DNA of 64,000 nt from Antedon mediterranea (lineage: Eukaryota; Animalia; Echinodermata): contig NC_092672.1 of NCBI RefSeq assembly GCF_964355755.1, positions 13,764,001 to 13,828,000 on the forward strand, read 5' to 3'. Both the position numbers and the translations under genes were made by a program. Under the pieces are notes generated by a model that made no database searches, had not been told where the DNA came from, and was given only the letters and a program-made list of their open reading frames with translations. Positions 38,401-48,590 of the stretch are shown here, piece after piece; position 1 is the first letter of the stretch; every line of letters starts with the position of its first letter.

Positions 38401-41400
38401 TCAACATCATAGGCAGGTTGTTCAAAGAAAAGAAAATCAACTACAGAGAGAAAGAATGGCTGTTTCCCACGGCTGAAATTGTACCTAGGTTGTATTGTCT
38501 TCCGAAGATACATAAACCAAATTGGCCATTAAGACCTATAGTAGATAACATCAACACCGTTTTTTACACCGTTGCACAATTCCTCACCAAAATCCTGGGT
38601 CCGCTTGTCGGAAACACAGAACATCATGTAACTTACTCAGGAGAGTTGGCGAGTGAACTAAAAGAAATAATAGTCAAACCAAGTGAAACATTTGTCTCGT
38701 TTGACGTAGTATCTCTGTTTACAAAAACACCAGTAGAAGAGGCCCTCAAAGTTGTCGAAAATCGCCTAACAACAGATCCGACACTTCTGGATAGAACTAA
38801 ACTACATGTGACAGACATAATGGAGCTCCTCGGTTTAATTGTGAACAAAACCTATTTCTCGTTCAATGGTAACATTTATAGGCAAATACAAGGCATTGCT
38901 ATGGGAAGCCCAATAAGTCCTATATTGGCGAACTTGTATCTAGAGTGGCTCGAACATCAAGCCATAAACACGGCACCCACTAACATCAAGCCTGTGTATT
39001 GGAAACGATACGTTGATGATGTATTAGCTATCATCCCCATAGGTACAGTACATACATTTAACACACATCTTAATAACATCGATATAACTGACAATATCAA
39101 GTTCACCACAGAATCGATGACAAACAACACAATACCTTTCCTGGACATGCTCATCACACTCAATGACAATGGAACAGTTACCACCTCAGTCTATCGGAAG
39201 CCCACTCACACAGACCAATATTTACATTTCAACTCACATCATCCACTCGAACACAAACTGGGGCTTATAAACACGCTTGTGGACAGAGCTGAGAAGGTAG
39301 TGGGAGATATGGATTTGAGGAAAGTTGAGATGGATAACATCAAGAAAGCGTTACACAACTGCCAGTATCCAGAGTGGTCCTTCCAGAGAGTTATGGAAAA
39401 CCGAAAAAGAAAAAAGAACAAAGGACACGAACCACAGAAGGAAAAGATCAAGATGCGAGGTAGCATAGGAATCCCCTATGTAAAAGGAATGGCAGAAAGA
39501 ATACGACGCACTCTCTCCTATCACAATGTCGGAACCTATTTCCTACCCCAAAATAAAATCAAGAATAGCCTCGTCCACCCAAAAGATAAAATCGAGAAGA
39601 TGGATACATGTGGAGTAATCTACGAAGTCACCTGCCGCAACTGTCCACAAGTTTACATTGGGGAAACAGGGAGGGCATTACAAACACGAATTAATGATCA
39701 CAAAAAAGATGTTACAACAAACACGGGGGGAGTAATGACTAGGGCCTCCAGAACATCCACATCTTCGATCATACACAAATCTGCCATTACAGAACATGTC
39801 ATAAAACACAATCATGTACCGAACTGGGAGGCTACCATCTTAACCAAAGAGCCTAAACGCAAAGACAGACAGATTAGAGAATCATTACATATAAGGAGAA
39901 ATAAAGAGAAGACCATGAACCGGGACACTGGAGCCCACGAACTCTCGCATTTGTACAATGATTTGATAGACACATCACCTGGCCGAGCCCCGCACAACCT
40001 CCAACCTACAACCGGAGGCGTACAACGTCATCAACAGATGACGTCAAGAATGACCAAGCTGCATTAACACTCCGCAGTCAGTTGAGAAGGATCTCTGATA
40101 GAGATCGAAACGTTCGAGTAAGTACTCCGTTAACTTGTGCTTTTACAAAAACGAAATTTGTCATCTATAGATATATTTCATATTGTGATAAGCCAATATA
40201 TAGTGGAACCATGCTTTTAGGACACCCCTATTCAGGAATAGGAACACTTTTGATTGTGCTAAATTGTTGATTAAATACCTATAAAGGGGACAACATTTTT
40301 CCCATCACAAAAAAATCAAATAATTATACTCATATATATCATTATTACTACAATCACAGATATTTAATAATTATTATAATATTAATTATGATAGATTTCA
40401 TTTGTGAAACGTTGGCTGCTCAATTTTCAATTCTCAATTTCCTGAATCCAGATCAATTGTTCATTTTGGTAAACTTTAAGGAAACACTTGAGTGCTACTA
40501 TAATTCGATTCATATGGATTTGTTTCTCAAAATGTATGGTTGAATTTTTTTTTAAATTCTACTTCAAGACACACTTACAGTATTTAAAAATTCTAACAAA
40601 AATAAAATATAGGCCTAAGTTTGTTTGTAGCCAGAGAATATATAATAGAGATTCTAATAAAATTGAATTGAGATAATTGTTACCTCCAGATTGAAAAGAC
40701 ACTAAAACGTCATGTTCGTCGGTGACAAGTGAATACCATTCAATTGTAGATTCTGATACATCAGACCAGTATAGTGTAGCGGTGTTAGCATTATAATCAA
40801 GAGCGACTGGTCTCTGTAGTGGAACATTCTGAATTGCGTCCGTAAATTCTAAAGATGTACCACTGGAATCAATAGGCGAAGAGTAAATTCCTGGAGGATT
40901 GAGATTGGTTACAAACATAACATCACCTAAAAATAAATTAGTTAAATATTATCTGCAAAGCAGGATGTGCTTATAAAGTTATTAATTTAAAATAATGTAT
41001 ATCTTTAACTCAAATAATGTATATTTATATAAGTGTCTCAATGTGCAATTTTGTTGATTTGTAAACAGCATAAAAAAAAGAAATAATATTTAATTATTTA
41101 TATTGTCTAAGGATATAAATATAGAAAATATAAATATGATAATAAATGTCTATTAATGGATACATTTTAAATGTTTGTACTATACACATTCTTATTTATT
41201 ATTATTAACAAACTTTATTTCAGATTTGTCCATATTACAGTACATATCAAATATAAAGTGTAAGCAAAACATTCAAACTATATATATATAAATATCATAT
41301 AAAATAATGGGCAGTACGAAAAAACAAACTGAAACACTAGGTGCTCAAATGCTCAAGTTTTGATCCAAACATACTAGATTGTACAACAACCTTTACAAGA

Positions 41401-44215
41401 GAATTGTTACTATTTGTAACTCTATTCATAAATCCATAACAAGTTTTTATATAATATTCATAGAAAGATGGAACATTACTTGTTACAAACATTTGACTAG
41501 CACTACGGTGTCTAGGAAAGCCCATACATTTTCTGAAGGCATTATTTAACACACCTACAACTCTTTTATACTAACCTGAGTGAATTTAGACCATAGACTA
41601 CTGAAATACATAGTGCTACAATAAGATTTAAACAGATTACACTTATAACCTCATTGGAGCATTTGTTAAATTTGCGGCATAACAAATTAGCATGTGTGCA
41701 ATTGATTTCTACTGACGTCTGATATCATGAGCATCATTTAGATCATAGGATAAAATATGACCAACAAAATTAAGCTCATTGCCTCAGAGAGTAATATTAT
41801 GTCTTCTGTCTCTAATTTTTTTTGGTGAAAAGACCATACATAACGACTTTTTGGGATTGAATAATATATCATGCTTAATACCATATGATTCACAGATACT
41901 GACTAACATTTTGGAGTCCAGTAAGTGAATGTGCTAAAAGTTTATATCATCGACATAACTTGAGTTGTTAATTCGCACTCCATAAATAGTACAACCAACA
42001 ATACATTTGTTAAGCTCAGTATTAAGATCATCAATATACATATTATATAACAAGGGGGACATTATGCCCCCTTGCCTCACACCATTGGAAACTGCAAACC
42101 ATTTAGATAGGTTATTACCACAATTAAAACTGAATGTTTGTGACCAATACCACGATGCAAGCAACTTAATTTTTTTTATATGATATAATGTTATGTAGAT
42201 TTAAAGTAATTATCTATCAAAACCTTATAAAATAAAAATAACTCAAATCAATGAAATAGTAAATTAATATTAACAATTATAATACATGTAAGGATCGTGA
42301 GGTAATTTCCCGATTGATCGTAATCAAAACGGTACTGGGTATGGTCTACTAACGTTCCTGCTCCCAACTCGTCATCCATTCATAGAAGCTTTGATGAAGA
42401 AAGCCTACCTGGTGGTAACCATAGAACGGTCCCGAGATAACGACTATACTTCGGCTTTAGTCGATAGAAGATTGAAAAAATTGTTAGAGATAGCGTATAC
42501 AATGCTTGATTATGTGTCGTGAGGTAATTTCCCGATTGATCGTAATCAAAACGGTACTGGGTTTGGTCTACTAGCGTTCCTGCTCCCAACCAGTACATCC
42601 ATTCATAGAAGCCTTAATGAAGTAAGCCTACCTGGTGGTGGCCATAGAACGGTCCCAAGATAACGACTATACTTCGGCTTTAGTCGATAGAAGATTGAAT
42701 AAATTGTTAGAGATAGAGTATACGATGTTATGATTATGTGTAGATATGTGATTTGTTCTTTTTATTCAAGTGATGTTATGTATTTAATAAATTTGTTATA
42801 TCAATTAATTAAATTATCGTAGATTGCATATTATGCGATAAATATTATTTAATACATTTTTGATATATTATTATTATTATTATATTAATAAAAAGATATT
42901 TGTTAGTATAAATTTAAAAATATAGATATAAGGAAGAAAAGCAAAGAGATTATTGTAAAGTTAATATATTTAAAAAATTTAGGCGATCTTGTCAAAGGTC
43001 AAGCGTCTTCAGCCTGCCACGTTTCGATATTCAATATTGAACTTGACCTGACGTGGTTCCACAATATCTTTATATGAAAATGGTAGAGTGGATAGAAACA
43101 TAAATTAATTTAAATTTAAGATGTTTACCTTAAACTGGTTTTGAACTGAATCGGTTGATGTCTTATCGTTGTATGTATGATTTGGTTTGGTCAAAGAACT
43201 TATAACACAAGAATCTCCTGTTCTTCAATTTGCATTCAAAACACAGTATCGGAAGTACAGGGTTAAAAGGTCAAACTGGGCGACGCCAGTTCACAGCATG
43301 GTGCAGCGCCCCCTCCAAACTAGGAAGTCAATTACTCTACCCCCCCCCCCCTAGAGTATTAGCAGATCCCCTCTATGATTTTGACTTTCTAATTTGATGC
43401 GGGCGCCCTACTCCTCAGTCAATTACTCTATCCCCCCTAGAGTATTAGCAGATCCCCTCTATGATTTTGACTTTCTAATTTGATGCGGGCGCCCTACTCC
43501 ATGGCTCACAATGGCGCCACCCATTAGCTCTATTCTATCCCACAATGCCTTTCGAAATTGTTACGCGCTTCGGACGAACAGGAGATTCTTGTGTTATAAG
43601 TTCTTTGACATTTAAATATGTTCGATAAAAGTGCGTATGCGTATAGAATGAAATGCTCGCGTTACGATGTACGCGTGTAATGCTGTTTATATCGTATAAA
43701 AGATAAAGGATGAAAATATAGAAGGTATGATGGTAGAAAAATAAAAAAGCAGCTTAGGATGTAGAAATAGGAACAGTTTGTTAGTGCAAAAGTGTAGATT
43801 TTGAATGCGAAACACTCGGACTTGTACAGTTCGTGCTTACATTTATTAATGCTTATCCTTTTACACATCTATAATTATAATTGTTTAAACACTTAAAAAT
43901 TATTATCAGTAATGTTAATAGATGAATAAATTGTTATAATAAGTCTACACTAATTGTATTAAACGTTATATACGTGATATTGTTGAATGAAATTGAATAT
44001 AGGTGGTGCATGCCACAAAAAGAAAAAAAAGTGAGTAAAATTAATCGACAAATTGAATTTCTTATTTTAGTTTTAAAACGCCTATGTATGTGCAAATACA
44101 TAGCTTGTTCTATGGGGCTATTGATATTAAATGCGAACTCACCGATAACTACGTCTTGTGCAACCACTACCGGTACTAGAAAATACCAACACAATGTACA
44201 AAATAACATTGTCAT
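23445..44215 (-). CDS. Type I transmembrane receptor: SP - YWTD (LDLR class B) propeller - CUB - 4x HYR - EGF-like - uncharacterised beta-rich stalk - TM - Tyr-motif tail (~1372 aa)
   Basis: GT-AG exons with consistent phases: 44215-44143, 40926-40684, 37025-36863, 35934-35807, 34174-33932, 33758-33417, 32653-32363, 31931-31641, 31115-30825, 30393-30103, 29438-29325, 28827-28570, 28422-28296, 27655-27445, 27122-26939, 26038-25851, 25546-25262, 24933-24779, 23685-23445 (4119 nt). Propeller blades LYWSD/LYWTS/LYWTD/MYWCD/LYWSD; CUB FSFESSYDFV..TDGSVVRPGF; HYR VSWTSPVVTDNSG..DQSGNSDTC; TM ILGGTIPSLVFILFLVTIILI-RR. Confidence 0.88.
23960..24150 (+). mobile_element. Penelope-like GIY-YIG fragment
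   Basis: SHIFQHLQDSKWCKALANTECFTVLD..FKLKVKETL resembles PLE endonuclease C-termini. Confidence 0.55.
28922..29078 (+). ncRNA. Minimal hammerhead-ribozyme motif inside a 61-bp inverted repeat (PLE pLTR-derived mini-insertion)
   Basis: TTGAGGA-C-GATCAA-AGCATA-TTGATC-GAAAC-GTC-GAG at ~28981..29017. Arms 28922..28982 and 29018..29078 are complementary with 4 mismatches. Confidence 0.7.
29864..32842 (-). repeat. Tandem array of four ~722-bp intron+HYR-exon units
   Basis: Exon spacing 722, 816 (internal ~94-bp duplication) and 722 bp. Introns are as conserved as exons. Each exon is 291 nt, phase 1-1. Confidence 0.95.
32960..33095 (-). mobile_element. Degenerate copy of the tRNA-containing repeat (see 56159..56230)
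   Basis: Reverse complement GGTCTGGTGGTTAGGACATCTGCATATCAAGCAAAAGGTTCCGGTTTTGAATCTCGGTTGGGGCG plus a shared downstream tail. Confidence 0.75.
34224..34588. repeat. 24-bp intronic minisatellite (GTTATATTGTATTCCAAGATGGCT) x~15
   Basis: Direct tandem repeat. It explains the repetitive ORFs in several frames. Confidence 0.95.
36053..36447 (-). mobile_element. 3' end of a LINE with (TTGAA)n tail
   Basis: INRLKVCYNDAFRRLLGQLRFVSARNLF is the same C-terminus type as 41337..41552. AATAAA and a TTGAA repeat tail follow. Confidence 0.65.
37391..37424 (+). ncRNA. Minimal type I hammerhead motif, U3-A8 variant (copies at 40082..40115 + and 37221..37254 -)
   Basis: TTGAGAA-G-GATCTC-TGATA-GAGATC-GAAAC-GTT-C. 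The palindromic AACGTT in helix III is typical of PLE minimal hammerheads. Helix I pairing is weak. Confidence 0.7.
37494..40067 (+). CDS. Penelope-like reverse transcriptase + GIY-YIG endonuclease
   Basis: ILPADKGRSTV, LPKIHK..PLRPIV, SFDVVSLFT, QIQGIAMGSPISP, RYVDD, FLD, VYRKPTHTDQYL, GVIYEVTCRNCPQVYIGETGR. Confidence 0.97.
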   Translation: MKFFQDLREKYGQETINIVRKQENIAKKISRQRNHRVFSLHCKRLDITPPSLKLYRPIKSSKAEEIIKHAERQLLRERIRITTNKITQLEGKKKDLNEEIVSLIPNGGDITNVCNHVNKVCEAEFLKCRSRQQNKLLWWKNKAENAARDLHQEQDLSGKILREKWVVNLSSKLVSEDEISALQRGLNYAASPRSMPIDDLIVAAEKAADLVPLEEQDTVRSKIVAIVKSTTLPPSNLTPKERKAINNLKKDKSILILPADKGRSTVILNTNDYKDKVGTMVSDTNVYELLKRNPTQNYKRKVVNIIGRLFKEKKINYREKEWLFPTAEIVPRLYCLPKIHKPNWPLRPIVDNINTVFYTVAQFLTKILGPLVGNTEHHVTYSGELASELKEIIVKPSETFVSFDVVSLFTKTPVEEALKVVENRLTTDPTLLDRTKLHVTDIMELLGLIVNKTYFSFNGNIYRQIQGIAMGSPISPILANLYLEWLEHQAINTAPTNIKPVYWKRYVDDVLAIIPIGTVHTFNTHLNNIDITDNIKFTTESMTNNTIPFLDMLITLNDNGTVTTSVYRKPTHTDQYLHFNSHHPLEHKLGLINTLVDRAEKVVGDMDLRKVEMDNIKKALHNCQYPEWSFQRVMENRKRKKNKGHEPQKEKIKMRGSIGIPYVKGMAERIRRTLSYHNVGTYFLPQNKIKNSLVHPKDKIEKMDTCGVIYEVTCRNCPQVYIGETGRALQTRINDHKKDVTTNTGGVMTRASRTSTSSIIHKSAITEHVIKHNHVPNWEATILTKEPKRKDRQIRESLHIRRNKEKTMNRDTGAHELSHLYNDLIDTSPGRAPHNLQPTTGGVQRHQQMTSRMTKLH
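41190..42165 (-). mobile_element. 5'-truncated decayed LINE (RT to 3' end)
   Basis: SNGVRQGGIMSPLLYNMYIDDL...YVDD and NNAFRKCMGFPRHRSASQMFV, with frameshifts. Confidence 0.8.
42295..42740. repeat. Head-to-tail dimer of a 222/224-bp structured unit
   Basis: TCGTGAGGTAATTTCCC starts at 42295 and 42517. There are exactly two units, each with several hairpins. Confidence 0.9.
43190..43609. mobile_element. MITE with perfect 34-bp TIRs
   Basis: GTCAAAGAACTTATAACACAAGAATCTCCTGTTC and its exact reverse complement at 43576..43609. Internal tandem duplication at ~43326..43500. Confidence 0.85.
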
Positions 44216-45731
44216 TGTTCCTATAAAAAGTAATAAAATAAACAATCAATGGATTGCAAATTGAGTTAATATTAAGCTATTATGAAAGTGTTTTAAAATT
44301 GCATTTAAAATGTTAAACTTCAACTGTAAATTATTCGCAACATTAATTGTTGACCCTTTGTATCGTAGGTCTTCTCCAAACCCTACCCAAGTTGACTATT
44401 CTGAATAATTACCACCCTTTCAAAATATATTGCCAGAACCTGCAGAATAATAATTTCCTATATTAAAGATTAACATTTCAATATATTACAGCTTTCCTAT
44501 AGAAAATTACATAACATTAATTGGAATAGTAAGATCATGGTTGATTTATCAAAACAATCAATTAACATTATGTTTCCGGAGAGAGCTATACATGAAAAAA
44601 CAAAATTATTATTTTTAAGAAATACATGTACTTCTTACAGCCCTTTACAATAAATAGAACATATGTCTTTCTTTTGCTTGATTTATTAATTGATTGATAG
44701 ATATAGATAGTCTGATTGACTCGATTATTCAAGCAACATGACTTGGTATTATTCTAAACTAAAAGATAATCTTTTAAATACGACTTACTAACCTGTTAGT
44801 CTCTATTGTTTGATCGTATTTACTGGTTGTCTCCTTTAAAGCGAAGAACCTCTCACGCACGAAAAGTTTAGATATAGACCAGAAACATGACACCAGTAAC
44901 TAATAATAAACACAAGGAAATTCTCATATTATTATTAAAATAACACTAGGCATTTAAAAAAAAGCAACATTTAAGAAGGAAGTTCAAAGAAAAGCAGTAA
45001 ATAAGACAATAACAAACAAAAACGCATCCATTTGTATTGCACCAGGGAAGGTCTCTAAATTAAATGACGATGAACAGCCTGAGGGATCATTTTTTTTAAA
45101 TTTCATTTCATTTTTTTATTCGACATAATCGGTCAAGGAACTTAGAGATTTTTCTTCAAATTTAGAGAAAGACCAGGACACTACGAAACAATGGAATAGC
45201 CAAACAAGCTAATTACTACATAAAACATTCTTATTATAAAACAATTTAGTTTGCATATACAAAAAAAAAAATTATTCTAGAATTTAGTTAGTTTACACTA
45301 TAACTTCACTAGACAAATTTTTGTCAAAATATAGACCAATATTAATCTATACAGGTGAAATGTTAATTGTAGGCAACCTAGAGCTATGCTTTTTTATCCT
45401 TTGCACCGAACGAATTTCGCTGGAAAACGCTGATCAAAACTGGAATATTTCGTAATTAAATTGAACGTGATATATGAAAAGGAAACAATTTCAATAAAGC
45501 CGTGGACTTCACCGAGGTCGTCTTAAAATTAGGAAAAACTGGTAATTTGTATATACTTTAGGTCTAGATTTTTAATGAATTTTAAATTCTTATATAATTT
45601 GATGTTTGATTGTAATTTTTCTAGAGTCTATGTATGTTTATTTTACTATATTTTTAGTTGTATGTATAATTTCTATAGATGTAATAGCCGCAATTCAGTT
45701 TTTATTGGCATATATTTGTAGATCTATAAAT

Positions 45732-46587
45732 GAGGCCTGGCATCACAAAAGCGGCGCAGAGTCGCAACCCAAACTTTTGAGATATTTAGCCTTGAAGTTC
45801 AGAATGTGAAAATCGGCCTAACCTATCCATTTTCAAATTTCAATAAAAAACGATACTATAAACACTTATGTTCAAGTATGTCTATTTTGCAATTAGTCGT
45901 TTCCATTGAAAATCATTAGGAAATTGTATTTTTGTTCACTCAAAAATCAACTTTCTTTACGGCGCTTTTGTAAACAAACCGCTTACCCGAATGACGTCAT
46001 GTTTGGTACCTATCTGTTCGAAAATATATCAGCTACCATAATTTTTAACAACCTTTTAATCTAGCCAATGGAAATTTGTTTTATTAAGGTGTTAGGTTGC
46101 TGAAATTTCTAACAAGAATTTGTGAATCCTTGACTGTGATGGGCTATAGAGATAAATTACACTCTCTGATTGGCTGACGCTTTTGTTTACGTTGAAAAAC
46201 AGCATGTCTTCTATCGTAATTTCTCGAATGAACGTTTCAACATTTAATGAATATTTAGGAAGTTAATCGTTATTTTTATCCATATATCCATTTGCCGTTA
46301 TTGAGAGGAGGAAAATAGCGAGTTTTTACAGAGAGTCTGGTCGCGTTGATCGGCGGGCTAGGCCAAGCTAATCGGCTTCGCTACTTCTTCATTGTTGATT
46401 TTCTCAAAATGAAGATTTCCTGAGTTAGAAAGTATCTCGTATGTTTTCATTAATAACTCTTCATATAATAAACCAATTTTAATAAACAACGCCTCATTTT
46501 AAAGCTTATTAATTGTAGATTACGAATATATAAAATCTAAAAAATGATTATTTCCGACACTACGCCGATTTTGTGATGCCATGCCTC
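45732..46587. mobile_element. Non-autonomous DNA transposon (Sola-like: GAG termini, 4-bp TSD)
   Basis: TIR GAGGCCTGGCATCACAAAAGCGGCG / CGCCGATTTTGTGATGCCATGCCTC, with AAAT duplicated on both sides. The superfamily assignment is inference. Confidence 0.8.
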
Positions 46588-47059
46588 AAATAATAAACGG
46601 TCTGCCACTGTATTTTATTTTTCCAATAATAATAGTACATACATACAATACAATAGTTGTTTATTGGTATTTCTTTGTTGTTTCACTTCACTTCTGCTTA
46701 GATCGAAAACTCTTTCCTAATAACCTTTCCGATTAGCTACTTGTATATATCCGGATTATATTATAACATAACAGTACGCATCAATATCATACAATAACGT
46801 TTATAGTTTCACTTCTATCGATACTCATTGCATTTATAATGGATTGAGTTTGTTCTACTCAATTGGTCCTCTGAATACAAACAATTATCTTTAAACACTG
46901 TATATTCTTCAAGATTTCCGTTGATTTAAGATCTTGTGTTCAGTGTGAAAAATAGTTCCATTTGAAAATATGTAGCTTGTTCATTTTATATTTTTGTAGA
47001 GAAACCTTTCGCAATTTTATTTCTAAAATGTTATTTCTAAAATTTTATTTTAAGAAAAT

Positions 47060-47530
47060 TTTGTAAACTCAATTTCGTTGTACCTAAAGTCCAAGGCATA
47101 GAATGCAATACATTCTATTTTAATGCAATCAGAGAATGGAATAACCTTCCTGACTATATTAAACAAATTGCCAACACATCTAAATTTAAAACTGAATTGA
47201 AACAATATTACAAAATTAAACATAGATAAGTTATTATTGTGCCATTATATCAGATGTTTTGCTTATATGCTTATATATTTATGAACCCCGTCTTATAATG
47301 TTTGTTTTGTTAAAATTATAATTACTATCTTTTTAGGGACCACATTGGAATTAAGTTGTTTTACTTTAAACGACTTTATGTGTTTTCCCGTGCATCGTCA
47401 GACCTCATTAATCCCGCCATTTTTATTTGCTTTTTTGATGTATTTTAATATTTAAGGTGATTATATATATTATTGACGTATTTTTAATGTTATGTATTGA
47501 GATTCCAAATAAATGAAAAAAAAATAAAAA
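47060..47530 (+). mobile_element. LINE 3' end (CR1/L2 group)
   Basis: NFVVPKVQGIECNTFYFNAIREWNNLPDYIKQI..SKFKTELK, then a 3' UTR and AATAAA/poly-A. Confidence 0.6.
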
Positions 47531-48590
47531 ATTCAATTGTCAAAGGGATTCCATCGTTACGTTATGTGTCAACATTTCAAATAACTGGCAAAGACATTCC
47601 TATCGTGAGGATATTTTCCAGTAAAACGAGGGGCTGGAAAAGAATGTTTATCGCTTTCACCATTCCATACTTCGGAGCGGGGCGGATGATTGATTCAACC
47701 TAATACAACAAATCCATTTAAACCATTAAGTTTTAATAGTAATACAAACATTGACAATCTTCAAAAACAAAATACAGAATTAAGATTAATTGTATAACAA
47801 AAGCAATCTGCGGCCGTCGTGTCGCTAATTGGGTCTTGGAATCTAAATGCAAATAAAAACATAATGGTGATACTGTACGGTGTTCTGTTTTATTATCGTC
47901 TTCTCGTAAAACGTGCCAATGCTGAAGCTCACTATTTTGTTGTATGTATTGTGACATCAATTGATATTAAACTCACTATTACGGGAATTTATGTAGGCGA
48001 CAATAAAGATAAATGTAATTCAATGAACTGGGGACAATAAAATTTAAATTATGGGCGAAAAGAAACCTCACATTCTTTGGTAAAATTACCATCATTAAGC
48101 CATTTAAAAAATTATATATAATGCGTCTATCCCAAAGTAGAACAAATAATATATAGTTTTCTTTGGGGAAAGAAAAAAGAAAAATTTAAAAGAACAACAC
48201 ATATCAATCCAGTGTGTGAAGGTGGTCTTAATATGATTAATTTTAAGCCAATGGTAAAATCTCTAAATTTAAGTTGGATTAAAAGGCTTCTAAGTCCAGA
48301 CCCCGGTAAAATGGAAGTGCATACCGCTCTATTGTTTGTATCCCATTGAATATACTGTATATACAAGCCTACTCAATCTAGAAGATCAGGTAGTTTTAAG
48401 AGGTTTATCAGACTTCTATGTACAAATGTTAAAAGATGTTGTACACATCAACAACATTTTAGGTCAACATCCAATCAATTTAGCACAAATTAAAAAAAAA
48501 AGAATTGTGGTAAAATAGGTATATTACTAATTACTAATGGAAAATCAATATATGTTTAAACATTGTTACATTCATTCATTCATAAAGTAA

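Larger units (their letters stand above)
37136..40169 (+). mobile_element. Full-length Penelope-like retroelement with inverted 5' pLTR, direct pLTRs and TSD
   Basis: Intact 857-aa ORF. Direct repeat 37321..37478 = 40012..40169. Perfect palindrome 37134..37511. Flanking duplication (A)GATATATTTCAT at 37123..37135 and 40169..40181. Confidence 0.96.

Noticed and set aside
42598-42665. Twister-like words TAATGAAG...CGGTCCCAAG
   Set aside because: The required AAGCCCG and GAGGG pseudoknot partners are absent. Kept only as an unresolved structured repeat.
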